From Polyangiales bacterium (lineage in GTDB: Bacteria > Myxococcota_A > Polyangia > Polyangiales > JADJQN01), in contig CAXNJO010000009.1 in the NCBI GenBank assembly GCA_964202905.1, forward strand, positions 1-64,000: 64,000 bases of DNA. Direction: 5' to 3'. Each line of letters opens with the position of its first letter. Positions within the stretch are counted from its first letter, which is position 1. The position numbers were made by a program, and so were the translations under genes. The notes under the pieces are model-generated. The model had not been told where the DNA came from, did no database searches, and was given only the letters and a program-made list of their open reading frames with translations. Below, one piece after another: positions 29,012 to 40,094 of the stretch.

Positions 29012-29491
29012 ATGAGCGGCTCCCCGTCGCACGCCGCGGCCCAGGCGCGGCGCCCTGCCTGGCGCCGGGTCGGCGCGGCGGCGCTCTGCGTCGGCGTGGT
29101 CATCGCGCAAACCGCGCTCATCGTGCGGGCGTACGGCACCCCGCGCAGGGAGCTCGGCTGGCAGATGTTCGCGGAGTCGAGCCAGTGGGAGGCGCAGGTC
29201 GTGCGCGTCCTGACCGACGGGCGGCGCGTGCCCGTGAGCGAGCCGTTCGCCGGGTATTGGTGGCCCGACCTCGTCGGGCCGATCGGCGTCGCGGTGCCTT
29301 GGACGCGGCGCCACGCGGAGTACGGCGTGGGGGCGACGCTGCGCGATTTGCAGGGCGCGCTCGACTGGGTCGCGACGCACACGCCCCGCGACCACGAGAC
29401 CGACCACTACGAAGCGGACGTCACGGTGGTCCGCAACCGGCGCCCGCCAGCGCTGCGCCACCTCGAGAGCGTGCGGAGGCCGCTGCCGTGA
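29012..29491 (+). CDS. Hypothetical membrane-anchored protein, HTTM partner
   Basis: N-terminal TM, GWQMF motif, GTGA overlap with the HTTM gene. Confidence 0.7.
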   Translation: MSGSPSHAAAQARRPAWRRVGAAALCVGVVIAQTALIVRAYGTPRRELGWQMFAESSQWEAQVVRVLTDGRRVPVSEPFAGYWWPDLVGPIGVAVPWTRRHAEYGVGATLRDLQGALDWVATHTPRDHETDHYEADVTVVRNRRPPALRHLESVRRPLP

Positions 29492-30585
29492 CCGCGCTGC
29501 TGGATGCGCGTGGCTCGCTGCGGGGGATCGCGCTGCTGCGGATCGCGCTCGGGCCGCTCGTCGTCTACTCGCTCTGGCCGTACCTGCGCGAGGTCGCGGC
29601 GGGCACCTGGTACGGCGCGCGCTACCACGCGCCCTACCTCGACGGGTTGCTGCTGCCTGCGCCCGCCTGGTACGCGCTGCTGCTCGCGGGCGCCGCCTCG
29701 GCGCCGTTCATCACGGTGGGTCTGCACGCGCGCGCCGCGTGCGTGACGGCCGCGCTCGCCGTCGGGGGCAACGTGCTGCTCAGCGAGACGCACTACCACC
29801 ACAACCGGGCGGTGCTGGTCGTCGCGCTGCTCCTCACGGCGCTCGCCGGTCCCGCGCGCGAGCTGTCCGTCGACGCGCTGCGTGCGCGCAGGCGCGGCGT
29901 CGACCCCGCCCCGGACGACGCGCTCCTCTGGCCGCTCTGGCTGTTGCGCTTCGAGCTCGCCTCGACCTACGTCGCGTCGGCGACGAGCAAGCTGCTCGAC
30001 CCCGACTGGCGCGACGGCACCGTGCTCTGGGACCGCGTCCTGCAAGCGCGCCACCTCCTCGAGCAGAGCCCGCTGCCGGCCTCGATGGTCGAGTTGGCCT
30101 CGCAACGGGCCGTGCACGCGGCGTTCGCGCCCTCGGCCATCGCGCTCGAACTCTTCGTGGGGCTCGGCCTCTGGCATCGCCGCACGCGGCTTGCGGCGGT
30201 CGCGGGCGCGACTTTGTTCCACGCGCTCGTCGAGGTGACGTCGCGCGTGCAGGTCTTCTCCTATCTGTGCCTCGCGGCGCTCGCGATCTGGGCGGTTCCG
30301 CGGACGCGCGACCGCGTCGTGCTCCTGGACGCAGGCTCGGCGCAGGACGCGCGTCTCGCGCGGCTCGTCGAGCGGCTCGACTGGCTGGCGCGCTTCCGAG
30401 TCGAGGCGTCGTCGAGCGCGGGCGGCCCGGCGGTCGCGCTGGTCGAGCGCGACGGCCGACGCTTCGAGGGCGCACCGGCCGTGCGGCGCGTGCTGCTCCG
30501 GCTGCCGTTGACGTTCTGGCCCGCGGCCCTCGCCACGCTCGTCGCGGAGGGCGTGCGCGGCGCGCGGCGGTTGCGCGGGCACTGA
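29488..30585 (+). CDS. HTTM domain (gamma-carboxylase-like) membrane protein with a DCC1-like C-terminal domain
   Basis: LLRIALG, YHHNR, YVASATSKLLDPDWRDG, LFH; C-terminal VVLLD...LDW...F...GR.F.G..AV. Confidence 0.78.
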   Translation: MTALLDARGSLRGIALLRIALGPLVVYSLWPYLREVAAGTWYGARYHAPYLDGLLLPAPAWYALLLAGAASAPFITVGLHARAACVTAALAVGGNVLLSETHYHHNRAVLVVALLLTALAGPARELSVDALRARRRGVDPAPDDALLWPLWLLRFELASTYVASATSKLLDPDWRDGTVLWDRVLQARHLLEQSPLPASMVELASQRAVHAAFAPSAIALELFVGLGLWHRRTRLAAVAGATLFHALVEVTSRVQVFSYLCLAALAIWAVPRTRDRVVLLDAGSAQDARLARLVERLDWLARFRVEASSSAGGPAVALVERDGRRFEGAPAVRRVLLRLPLTFWPAALATLVAEGVRGARRLRGH

Positions 30586-30676
30586 GCACGGGCGTCCCCC
30601 CGGAGAAAGACCGACGAGACGCCGCGGTGGGCGCGGCTTCCCACGCGCAGGCGGTGTCGGCTATCGTGCGCGGCTC

Positions 30677-33600
30677 ATGTCCGTTCGCGCGCTCGCAACG
30701 AGCCCCCTCGCCCGCTTGTTGCTCTCGCTCCTCGAGCGGCACGCGGACGGCAGCGTGGAGATCGGCGGGCGCACGCTCGTGCTCGCGGGGGGCGAGGTCG
30801 TCGAGGTGCGCGGTGACGTGTCGGACGAGTCGCTCGGCGACCTGCTCGTGCGCACGGGCAGGCTCGACGCCGAGTCGTTCGCCGCGGTGCGCGAGCGGGC
30901 CGCCGCGCAAGGGCTGGGGCTCGAGGAGGCGCTCTGTGCCGAGCCGCGCCCCGGCGGCGTCGACACGAGCGGCGCGCTGCGCTCGCTGCGGGTGGAGCGG
31001 TTCGCACGCGGGATCGTCGCGGAGGAGGCGCTCGGCCGTGTGCCGCCCTTCGTACCCGCCACCGCCCACACCGCCGCCCACGCAGGCGTTCCGCGCGCCG
31101 CGCTCGTGCCGCTGCTCCTCGACGCGCTCGCGTCCGCGGCACGCACGCACGCGCCGGACTCGCTCGCGGAGCACGAAGACGACCGCGTGGAGCCGCTCGA
31201 GGCCCCGCACCTCGACGAGGCGCTCCGCTGGGCGGGGCTCGACGCCGACGCGCTGCGCCTCGTCGACGTCGGTCGGTACGCCGCGACCGCCGACGACGGG
31301 GCGCGCCTCGCCGCGCTGGCCCGCGCGGGCTTCGTGCGTTTCGTGGCCGCACGCGCGAGCAGCGCGCCCGCGCCGCCGCTGCGCCCTCCGGGCCTCGACG
31401 TGCCGGCGCGCGTCGACGCGCCCTCCGCGCCGCCCGCAGCGCCGTCGGTGCTGCCCCCTGCCCGCAAGGCGGTGCTCGTCCTCGCGCCCGGCGCCGGCCC
31501 GGCCCCGGAGCACAGCGAAGGTCTCGCGACGCCGCTCCGCGACTTCCCGCCCGCCTCGGCGCCCCTCGGCGACCCCGTCGCGGCCGTGGAACTCACGCTG
31601 GCGCACCTCGAGCAGCAGGACGCGCCAGGGCCGGAGCGCGCGGCCGCCTGGCGGCTCGCCGCCCAGCACTGGCAGACCTGCTACGGCGCGATCGAGGAGG
31701 CTGCGCGGTGCCTGCGCGAAGCCGCTGCAGCGCACCCCGGCGACCGCGAAGCGCTCGAGCAGGCCGCGCTCCTCTGCGCGACGCTCGGCAGCCCGGAACT
31801 CTCGATCGCCTATGGAAATGCGGCGATCGCGCTCACCCCGGCGGGCCCTTCCCGCGACGAGGCGCAACTCCGGGTCGCGCTCTGGGCCGAGCGCGCCGGG
31901 CAGCACGAGGTCGCGCTCCACGCGCTCCGCGCAGCCGTGGCGCGACACGCGGCGGGCAGCGCGGGGGCGCCCGACACGGTGGGCACCGCGGCCATCGGCG
32001 CGCTCGAGCACCTCTTCGCCCGACTCGTCGCGGACGGCGCCCACGACGAGGCCGTCGCGCTCGTGCGACACAGCGCGCCGCGCATCGCCACGCGCGAGCC
32101 GATCCGCGCCCGCACGATGGTGGCGGACGCCCTCGCGCTCCGGCCCGACGACGCCGCGCTGGCGCGTCAGCTCGCCGCGGCGTTGGCAGGCGAAGGCCTG
32201 CCCGATGCGGCGGCGCTGGTCCTCGCAGAGACCGCCCGCGCCGCCACGGACGCGGAGAAGGCGAGGCACCTCCGGCTCGAGGCCGCGGAGCAGGCCGAGG
32301 AGTCGGGGCGCCCGGACATCGCCGCCGAGTTCCTCCTCGAGGCGCTCGACGCCGAGCCGTTCCTCGACGCGGTGCACGAAGCGGTCGCGCTCGACCTCGA
32401 GCGGGCCGGCGCGACGCTCGACCTCGCGATCGTGTGCGAGCAACTCGCGCGCGACGCCGAGGACCCGGAGACGCAAGCCGGCTGGTGGCTGCGGGCGGCG
32501 AACGCGCACGCCGCGCGCGCGGGGGGGTGGGAGGCGGCGCTCGACGCCCTGGTGCGGGCCGCCGAGCTTACCCCGGACGCGGCGGGGCCGGCGCAGGCCC
32601 TCGCGGCGCTTGCCGCTGGCGCGCAGTCCGAGGCGCGCGTGGCCGACGCCTGCGAACGGGTCGCGCACGCGGCGCTCGCACGCGGGGCAACCACGACGTC
32701 CGACTGGTTGCGCGCGCTCGTTCGGCTCGACGCGCCGCACGCCGACGCCGCGCCGCGCCTGCGCTGGGCCCTCGCGCGGCTGTGCGAGCGGGCGCCGGAC
32801 GACGAAGACGCCCGCGCGCGGCTGGACGCCCTCGAAGCGGGACGCGACACGGAGCGCGTCTCCACGGCCGAGCGCGCGCTCACGGAGGCGACGCCCGCCG
32901 CGCGCCCCGCCCTCGCCCGCGCCGCGGGGCTGCTCCTCGCGCGTGACCCGGCGCGCCGCGCGGAGGCGCTCGCCCGGCTCCGCGAGGCGGCAGCCGCGCT
33001 CCCCGACGACACGACGCTCGCCGAGTCGCTCGCGCGGATCGCCTGGATCGACGGCGACGACGCGACGCTCGCGCGGACCCTCGCCGCGCAGGCCGAGCAC
33101 GCGGGCAGCGCACGGGGACACGCCCTCGCACGCCTGGCGGCCGTGCAGAGCGCGCGCGGCGAGACGCAAGCGTGCGCCGACACCTGCGCGCAGCGGCTCT
33201 CGACGGATTCCGACGTCGACGAGGCCCTCGCGCGTCTCCAGCGTGCGGCGGCGCGCCTCGGCGACGCCCGCCTGGCGGAGCGCGCGCTCACCGGACGCGC
33301 CACACGCGCGACCGACGCACGCGCACGGTCGCGGGCCCTCGTCGCGCTCGCGCGCCTGCACGCCACGCGAGGCGACCACGCCGCTGCCGCCCGCCGCGCC
33401 GAGGAGGCCCTGGCCCTCGACGCCCAGTCGGCCGCAGCCGCGGCGATGCTCGTCGCCCTCGCCCACGCGCTGCCGACGGTGCGCGCGCCCGCGCTGCTCG
33501 AGGCCGCGCGCGCGGTGCTCGGGGATTCGCCGGCGCTTCTTGACGCACTGCGTCGTGCGGCGCGCGACGCCGGCGATGCCGCCGCAGCGGGTTCGGCGCT

Positions 33601-36508
33601 CGACACGTGGGTGCGCATCGCTCCGAACAGCGCCCGGCCCGCGCTCGCGCGCCTCGCGCACCGGGTCGCGGGCGGCGACGCGCGCGCCATCGTGGGCGCC
33701 GCGACGAACGCGCTCGCGCCGGAGTCGCTTCACGCGGCGACGGAGCACGCGCTCCTCGCGGCCCTCGAGCGCCTCGAGGCGCTCGGCGCGACGACGGAGG
33801 CCGTCTCGCTCGGGCTCCGTGCGCTCGACGCCCTCGGCGCGACGTGCGCGACGCTCCGCGCGCACGTGCTCTCGGCCGCGGCGCGCTGCGGCGATTCGAC
33901 CCTGCACGTCGCGGCGCTCGAACGCTGGGTGGGGGCGTCGCGTCGCCACGAGCGCCTCGCGCCCCTCGCCGCGCTCGCAGCAGTGCACCGTGCTGCCGGA
34001 GACGCAGCGGCCGAGAGCCGCGCGCACCTCCGCACCCTCGCCGTCTCGCTCTACGACCCGCACGCGCTCACGCGCCTCGAGGCGATCTACGCGGCGCATG
34101 GCGAGGGCGAGCGGCTCCTCGCCGTCCTCGGGCTACGACTCGAAGCCTGCGCGGACGACGACGCGCGACGACACCTCCTCCGCGACCTCGCGGCGGCTGC
34201 CGCGCATGTGGCGCAGGACCCAACGCGGGCTGCGCGGTTCGTCGATGCGCTGCTCCAACTCGCCGGCGGCGACACGGACGCGATCCGGCAAGCCGCGGGC
34301 GCCCTCGTCACGCTCGGCCAGCCCGAGGCGGCGGTCGAGCGCCTGCTCGCGCGCGCCGCGGAGGCGCCTCCCCGCGAGGCCGCCGTCCTGTGCGCGCACG
34401 CCGCGTCGATCGCCGAACAGGAAGCGCACGACCCGCGCCTGGCCCTGAGCGCCACCGCGCGCGGCCTCGAGCGGGCGCCGTCGAGCGCGCCGCTGCTGCT
34501 CGCGTTCGAGCGGCTCGCGATCGGGTTGCGCGACGTCGCGGAAGGCCGCCGCACGTACCGCGCCCTCGCCGACGCGGCGATGGGGCCGCACGGTCGGCGC
34601 GCCGTGCTCTACCGCGCCGCGCGCTTTCACGAGCGCTGCGACGACCCCGAGGGCGCGCTCGACGCGTTCGTCGAGGCCTTCGACCATGCGCCCTCGGCGG
34701 GCGTGGTCTTCCGCGCGATCGAGCGTCTGGCGGAGGCGACCGGGCGACTCGAGCCCCTCGCCCACGCGCTGCTCGCGCTCGCCGCGCGGGCGCGGCACGT
34801 CGATGGCCGGGTCGCGTTCGCCGTGCGCGCCGCAGAGCTGCTCGAGACGCGCATCGATGACCCGACGCGCGCCTTCGCCGCGCTGCGCAGCGCGTGGGAG
34901 GCTTCCAACGCGCGCGAGGACGAGGCGCGCGCCCGCGGGCTGCTCGGCCGGTTCGCCGCGCGCGATGCGGAGGCCGCGCGTCGTGCGGGCGACGGGTGGC
35001 TCGCCGCACTCCGGGCCCGCGTCGATCGCGCGTGGGACGCCGGGGAGCGCGCGGTGTGGCTCGCGCGTGCCGCGCTCGTCGAGGCCGAGGCGCTCCGCGA
35101 TCCGGCGCGCGCCGCGGCGCTGCTCGACGAGGCCGCGCGCGCGGACCGCGAGGCCGATCCCGATCCCGAATCGAGGATCCCCTACCTCTGCGACCGCGCC
35201 GAGGCCCTGCACGCGCTCCCCGGGGGCCACGAAGAAGCCATCGAATGCATCGAGTCAGCCTCGAGCGCGGACCTCGCGCACCCGCGGGTGCGCACCCTCG
35301 CCGCACGGCTGGGGGTCGTGTTGCCCGAGATCGGCACCGCGGCACCTGCGGCGCTCGACGAGCTGTCGTTCGCCGGTCTCATCGACGATCTCGAGCCTTC
35401 CACGCCTCCGGTCAGCGCCTCTGCGCCCGCGCCGGAAGCGCCGGCCGACCCCGAGGTTCGCCCCGCCTCCACGGCCCCCGCGTGGTCGGTCACGCTCCCC
35501 ACCCCGACCGGGCTCCACGAGGCGGCGCACCGGCTCCGCACGCAACTCCGCGACGATCCAGCGCGCATCGACGCACTCCGCGCCCTCCATGCGCTCGCAC
35601 GCGAGCGCGGCGCGCAGGCCGAGACGCGCGTCACCGCGTGGCTGCTCTCCTTGTTCGATCCGACGATGGACGCCCCGGAGCCGGTGCCGCTCGAGGGCGC
35701 GATCGAGCCGGAGCTGCTCGACGTCACCCAGCGCGATCCGGCGCACGCGGCGCGGCTGACGATCGTTCAATCGGTCTGGGAACACGGCGCCCAGCGCACG
35801 TTCCGGCGCTCCCTCCAGTCCCTCGGCACGCTCGGCACCGACCGCGTCCCGCCCGGCGCCCACACGCCGCTCGCGCGCGCCTTCGACGCGGCCTCCCGCA
35901 CGCTCGCACGCACGAACACGCCGCTGTACCAGCGCCAGTCCGGCGGCGCCGAACTGATCGTCGCAGCCACGACGCCGCCCGCGATCATCGTCGGCCCCGC
36001 GTTCGACGGGCCCGACGCGGAGCTGCAGTTCCGGCTCGGTCACGCGCTCGAGTTGGCCCGCCCGGGACATCTGATCATCGGCGCCCTCGAGCCCGCCGAG
36101 ACCCGCGTCGTGCTCGAGGCGACGCTCACCGCGTTCGGTCCCGCAGACGCGAGCCACGGCGCCTCCCGCGAGGCCGCGGCGCTCGCCGCCGAGTTCTGGC
36201 GCGTCATGCCGCCCGTCCATCAACGCGCGGTGCGCGAGGCGGTCGCCGCGCTCGACGCCCCTCTCACCGAGGCGTCGCTGCGCACCGAGATCCTCGACGC
36301 CGCGGCGCGCGCCGGGCTCCTCGCCGCGGGCGATCTGCGCATCGCGGCGCTCGCCCTTTGCGCGGGCGACCCCGGCCTCGCGCCACACGCTCTCGAAACC
36401 GAGGCGGGCTACAGGGCGGCTGTGACGGGCTCGCCGAGCCTGGCCGCGCTCATAGGCTTCGCCCTCTCGGACGCGTTCCTCGTCACGCTCGCGCGCGCGG
36501 GCGCGTGA
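30677..36508 (+). CDS. Giant TPR/alpha-solenoid protein (1943 aa)
   Basis: Long ORF with G/C-ending codons and continuous Ala/Leu/Arg helical repeats; C-terminal LQFRLGHALELAR...RAGLLAAGDL. Confidence 0.8.
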   Translation: MSVRALATSPLARLLLSLLERHADGSVEIGGRTLVLAGGEVVEVRGDVSDESLGDLLVRTGRLDAESFAAVRERAAAQGLGLEEALCAEPRPGGVDTSGALRSLRVERFARGIVAEEALGRVPPFVPATAHTAAHAGVPRAALVPLLLDALASAARTHAPDSLAEHEDDRVEPLEAPHLDEALRWAGLDADALRLVDVGRYAATADDGARLAALARAGFVRFVAARASSAPAPPLRPPGLDVPARVDAPSAPPAAPSVLPPARKAVLVLAPGAGPAPEHSEGLATPLRDFPPASAPLGDPVAAVELTLAHLEQQDAPGPERAAAWRLAAQHWQTCYGAIEEAARCLREAAAAHPGDREALEQAALLCATLGSPELSIAYGNAAIALTPAGPSRDEAQLRVALWAERAGQHEVALHALRAAVARHAAGSAGAPDTVGTAAIGALEHLFARLVADGAHDEAVALVRHSAPRIATREPIRARTMVADALALRPDDAALARQLAAALAGEGLPDAAALVLAETARAATDAEKARHLRLEAAEQAEESGRPDIAAEFLLEALDAEPFLDAVHEAVALDLERAGATLDLAIVCEQLARDAEDPETQAGWWLRAANAHAARAGGWEAALDALVRAAELTPDAAGPAQALAALAAGAQSEARVADACERVAHAALARGATTTSDWLRALVRLDAPHADAAPRLRWALARLCERAPDDEDARARLDALEAGRDTERVSTAERALTEATPAARPALARAAGLLLARDPARRAEALARLREAAAALPDDTTLAESLARIAWIDGDDATLARTLAAQAEHAGSARGHALARLAAVQSARGETQACADTCAQRLSTDSDVDEALARLQRAAARLGDARLAERALTGRATRATDARARSRALVALARLHATRGDHAAAARRAEEALALDAQSAAAAAMLVALAHALPTVRAPALLEAARAVLGDSPALLDALRRAARDAGDAAAAGSALDTWVRIAPNSARPALARLAHRVAGGDARAIVGAATNALAPESLHAATEHALLAALERLEALGATTEAVSLGLRALDALGATCATLRAHVLSAAARCGDSTLHVAALERWVGASRRHERLAPLAALAAVHRAAGDAAAESRAHLRTLAVSLYDPHALTRLEAIYAAHGEGERLLAVLGLRLEACADDDARRHLLRDLAAAAAHVAQDPTRAARFVDALLQLAGGDTDAIRQAAGALVTLGQPEAAVERLLARAAEAPPREAAVLCAHAASIAEQEAHDPRLALSATARGLERAPSSAPLLLAFERLAIGLRDVAEGRRTYRALADAAMGPHGRRAVLYRAARFHERCDDPEGALDAFVEAFDHAPSAGVVFRAIERLAEATGRLEPLAHALLALAARARHVDGRVAFAVRAAELLETRIDDPTRAFAALRSAWEASNAREDEARARGLLGRFAARDAEAARRAGDGWLAALRARVDRAWDAGERAVWLARAALVEAEALRDPARAAALLDEAARADREADPDPESRIPYLCDRAEALHALPGGHEEAIECIESASSADLAHPRVRTLAARLGVVLPEIGTAAPAALDELSFAGLIDDLEPSTPPVSASAPAPEAPADPEVRPASTAPAWSVTLPTPTGLHEAAHRLRTQLRDDPARIDALRALHALARERGAQAETRVTAWLLSLFDPTMDAPEPVPLEGAIEPELLDVTQRDPAHAARLTIVQSVWEHGAQRTFRRSLQSLGTLGTDRVPPGAHTPLARAFDAASRTLARTNTPLYQRQSGGAELIVAATTPPAIIVGPAFDGPDAELQFRLGHALELARPGHLIIGALEPAETRVVLEATLTAFGPADASHGASREAAALAAEFWRVMPPVHQRAVREAVAALDAPLTEASLRTEILDAAARAGLLAAGDLRIAALALCAGDPGLAPHALETEAGYRAAVTGSPSLAALIGFALSDAFLVTLARAGA

Positions 36509-36562
36509 ACCTGCGATGCCGTGTAGCCGCCCTCCGGCACCGCTCGGTCGGCGCGTGACCGC

Positions 36563-37222
36563 TCAGGGAGCGCCGCAGGTGCTGGGGGCGTAGCGGTAGG
36601 CGTCCTGCCCGACGAAGCACTGCGACTCGAACATCGTCCCGCACGGGGCGGCGAGACAGCCCGTGCACACCTCGACCGGCCAACTCCAGGGGTTCGCGTC
36701 GATCACGGACCCGCCCGTCGTGCGTCCGAAGAACGTGAGGCGCGCGACGATGGTCGTCGTCCCCCCGCCAAGCGCGCCCGCGAGCTCGGTCGCGACCGAC
36801 GCGGGGATCGCCTCGACCAGCGAGGTCCCGACGCCGGGGGCCACGCCAAGCGCAGGCGGGACGAACGCGCTCGCCGCGACGGTGAACGACGAGGTCGTGA
36901 TCGGCAGCGCCGAGCCATCCTGCGCCGTGAGCTCGACCACGGCGCCCTCGATCTGGATCGCGTTCGGCTCGACAGCGGGCGTGGCCGGACGGAGCGGCGC
37001 GCGCGCGACGAGCCAGGAGTTGAAGAGCGGCGCCACGTAATAACCGTGTGGGAACGCGACGTCGTACACGCCGCGCGCGACGAATGCACCGCCCCCTGGC
37101 GCGAAGAGACACATCTCGTCGGCCTGCACGTTCCCGGTGACGACGAGGCCCGGGTTGTCGTCCGCGCAACCCGAGAGGGCGCCGGCAGCAGCAGCGAGAA
37201 CGGCGATGAGCACACGACGCAT
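36563..37222 (-). CDS. Hypothetical lipoprotein
   Basis: GGAG RBS; MRRVLIAVLAAAAGALSGC lipobox; Cys-rich C-terminus. Confidence 0.8.
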   Translation of the reverse strand: MRRVLIAVLAAAAGALSGCADDNPGLVVTGNVQADEMCLFAPGGGAFVARGVYDVAFPHGYYVAPLFNSWLVARAPLRPATPAVEPNAIQIEGAVVELTAQDGSALPITTSSFTVAASAFVPPALGVAPGVGTSLVEAIPASVATELAGALGGGTTTIVARLTFFGRTTGGSVIDANPWSWPVEVCTGCLAAPCGTMFESQCFVGQDAYRYAPSTCGAP

Positions 37223-37285
37223 ACGGCTCCTCCAAGCGGGAATCACGAAAGCGGAGCCTAACCGTGCGCGCACGAGAATCCAAAT

Positions 37286-38869
37286 TCACGGCCGACAGAG
37301 TCTCTCGACGTCCGTCGGCGCGAGCGGCACGACACGGACGTCCCCGGGCGCGGCAGGCGCGAGGAAGCGCACCTTCCCGCCCGAGCGCTTCTTGTCGGCG
37401 CCGAGCCAGCCCCACGTCGTCGGCGCGAGGTGGGCGTCGAGATCCGTCGGGAGCCGGAGCGCGCCGAGCAGCGACGTGATGCGCGCGCCGAGCGACGCGT
37501 CGGCGAGCCCGAGCCGGACGGAGACGCGCGCGGCAGCGACGAGACCGAGCGCGACGGCCTCGCCGTGCCGGAGCGCGTAGCCGCTCTGCGCCTCGAGCGC
37601 GTGCCCGACGGTGTGCCCGAGGTTCAACAGGATCCGCGTCCCGCGCGTCTCGAGCTCATCCTCGGCGACGACGTCGGCCTTGAGTCCGATGGCCATCCGG
37701 ATCGCCCGCTCGGTCGCGTCCGGAACGCCCGCGAGGAGGTCCATCGCGTCGCGCTCGAGGGCAGCGAGCGCGGCTTCGCCCGAGAGAAGCGCGCACTTCA
37801 CGACCTCTCCGAGCCCCGCGCGGCGCTCCGCGGACGGCAGCGTCGCGAGCAGCCCCACGTCGCAGAGCACGAAGCGCGGCTGGTGAAAGGTCCCGACGAG
37901 GTTCTTGCCCTCCGGCCGATCGATGCCGGTCTTGCCGCCGACCGAGCTGTCCACCATCGCGAGCAGCGTCGAGGGCACCTGCGCAAAGGCGACGCCGCGG
38001 AGCAGCGTCGAGGCTGCGAACCCGGCGACGTCCCCGATCGCCCCCCCGCCGAGCGCGACGACCATCGCGTCCCGGTCGACACCGGCGCCGAGCGCGGCGT
38101 CCCAGATCCGAGCCGCGCCCGCGAGCGTCTTGGCAGCCTCACCGCGTGGCAGCGTCACGGGCACGACGTCGAGGCCGGCGAGCGCGAGAGCGTCGCGCAA
38201 CGGCCCGCCCCATTGCGCACCGACGACCTCATCCGTCACGAGCACGCAGGCCCCGCGCGCGTGCGCCCGGATCCGCTCGGCGAGCGCGTGCCGCGCTCCG
38301 TCACCGACCTCGATGCGATACGTCCGCGCCCCGAGCGCGACCACGACCCCCGCGTTCGACACCAGCGCGACGACGCGCGCTGCGACCTCCGCCGGCGTGA
38401 GCGCCGCGGTGTCGATCACCCCGTGGCACTCCGCGTACGCGTCGTGACGGGCCTCGCGCAGCGCCGCGAGCGCGAGCGTCGCGTCGCGCCCCGCCAGCAA
38501 CGGACGCGTCCGCGCGTCCCCGATCCGGCCCGCCAACACGTCCGCTGGCGCGTCGAGCGTGACGAGCACCGCGTCCCTGAGCCGCGCGCGACGCAGCGCG
38601 CGCGACGTCACCGCGCCGCCCCCGAGCGCGATGGCCGCGCCGGTCTCCGCCGTCTCCGCGACGAGCGCGTCGAGCACCTCGGCCTCGACTACGCGGAACG
38701 CGTCCTCCCCATGGTCCGCGAAGATCCCAGCGACGCTGCCGCCGACGCGCGCCTCGATCTCCGCGTCGAGATCACGCACCGGGACGTCGAGCGCCGCGGC
38801 CACCAGCCCGGCCACCGTGGACTTCCCACTCCCCATGGGCCCCGAGAGCAGCACACGCGGGCGCGCCAT
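37286..38869 (-). CDS. aroKB: Bifunctional shikimate kinase / 3-dehydroquinate synthase
   Basis: SGPMGSGKST, DLD, ALGGGA (AroK), then ALGGGAIGD, DSSVGGKTG, KNLVGTF, LNLGHTVGHALE (AroB). TGATG coupling to aroC. Confidence 0.93.
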   Translation of the reverse strand: MARPRVLLSGPMGSGKSTVAGLVAAALDVPVRDLDAEIEARVGGSVAGIFADHGEDAFRVVEAEVLDALVAETAETGAAIALGGGAVTSRALRRARLRDAVLVTLDAPADVLAGRIGDARTRPLLAGRDATLALAALREARHDAYAECHGVIDTAALTPAEVAARVVALVSNAGVVVALGARTYRIEVGDGARHALAERIRAHARGACVLVTDEVVGAQWGGPLRDALALAGLDVVPVTLPRGEAAKTLAGAARIWDAALGAGVDRDAMVVALGGGAIGDVAGFAASTLLRGVAFAQVPSTLLAMVDSSVGGKTGIDRPEGKNLVGTFHQPRFVLCDVGLLATLPSAERRAGLGEVVKCALLSGEAALAALERDAMDLLAGVPDATERAIRMAIGLKADVVAEDELETRGTRILLNLGHTVGHALEAQSGYALRHGEAVALGLVAAARVSVRLGLADASLGARITSLLGALRLPTDLDAHLAPTTWGWLGADKKRSGGKVRFLAPAAPGDVRVVPLAPTDVERLCRP

Positions 38870-40041
38870 CAGTAGGTCCTCGTGTGCTCGCGCCAGGCGG
38901 CGAGGCGCGCGACGATCTCCCCGAGCGAGTCGCCGCCGAACTTCTCGAGCAGCGCATCCACGAGCGTGATGCACACCATCGCCTCGCCGACGACGCTCGC
39001 CGCCGCGACCGCGCAGATGTCGCTCCGCTCCGTCGCGGCCGTCGTCGGCGCCTTCGTGCGCACGTCCACGGTGTCGAGCGCGGCGCGCAACGTCGCGATC
39101 GGCTTCATCGCCGCCCGGCACACGAGTGCCTCACCATTCGAGATGCCGCCCTCGAGGCCGCCCGCGCCGTTCCGCGACCGCGCGAACCGCCCCCCGCCGA
39201 CGCCATCGCTCTCCCACGCGATCGGGTCGTGCACCTCGGAGCCGGGCACGCGCGCCGCCGCGAACCCCATCCCGAGCTCGACCCCCTTGATCGCGGGGAT
39301 CGACATGAGCGCCTGCGCGAGGCGCCCATCGAGTTTGCGATCCCACTGCACGTGCGCGCCGAGGCCGACGGGCACGCCGAGCGCGACGACCTCGAACACG
39401 CCGCCGAGCGTGTCGCCGCGGTGCGACGCCGCGTGGATCGCCGCGCGCATCCGCGCCGACGCCTCCGCATCGGCGCAGCGGAGGTCATCGTCCGCGGCGG
39501 CCGCGCGCACGGCGTCCCATCCCGCGGGGCGCTCTGACGCCTCCACATCGCCGATCGAGAGCACGTGTGCGAACACGGTGATCCCGCACTCGGCGAGCAG
39601 ACGCCGACACACGGCGCCCACCGCCACGCGCATCGCGGTCTCGCGGGCGCTCGCGCGCTCGAGCACATCCCGCAGGTCGGCGCGGTCGTACTTGATGCCG
39701 CCGGCGAGGTCCGCGTGCCCCGGACGCGCGCGGGTGAGCGGCTCGGGGACGTCGGCGAACGGCGCAGGCCCCATGCGCCCCTGCCAACTCGCGAAATCGC
39801 GGTTCTCGACGAGCATCGCGATGGGTCCGCCGAGGGTCTCGCCACCGCGGACGCCGCCCTGCAACACCACGCGGTCCTGCTCGATCTTCATCCGTCCGCC
39901 GCGCCCGTAACCGCGCTGACGTCGCGCGAGATCCGCGTCCACGTGCTCCGCGAGGAGCCGCAACCCCGCGGGGATCCCCTCCACGATCGCGACGAGCCCG
40001 GGCCCGTGCGACTCACCCGCCGTCATCCACCGGATCCGCAT
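38869..40041 (-). CDS. aroC: Chorismate synthase
   Basis: [49 protein letters not shown]. Confidence 0.97.
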   Translation of the reverse strand: MRIRWMTAGESHGPGLVAIVEGIPAGLRLLAEHVDADLARRQRGYGRGGRMKIEQDRVVLQGGVRGGETLGGPIAMLVENRDFASWQGRMGPAPFADVPEPLTRARPGHADLAGGIKYDRADLRDVLERASARETAMRVAVGAVCRRLLAECGITVFAHVLSIGDVEASERPAGWDAVRAAAADDDLRCADAEASARMRAAIHAASHRGDTLGGVFEVVALGVPVGLGAHVQWDRKLDGRLAQALMSIPAIKGVELGMGFAAARVPGSEVHDPIAWESDGVGGGRFARSRNGAGGLEGGISNGEALVCRAAMKPIATLRAALDTVDVRTKAPTTAATERSDICAVAAASVVGEAMVCITLVDALLEKFGGDSLGEIVARLAAWREHTRTY

Positions 40042-40094
40042 CGCGCGTTCCTATAGCGCACCGCGCCCGAACGAACGACGCAAGGTCCCCGACA

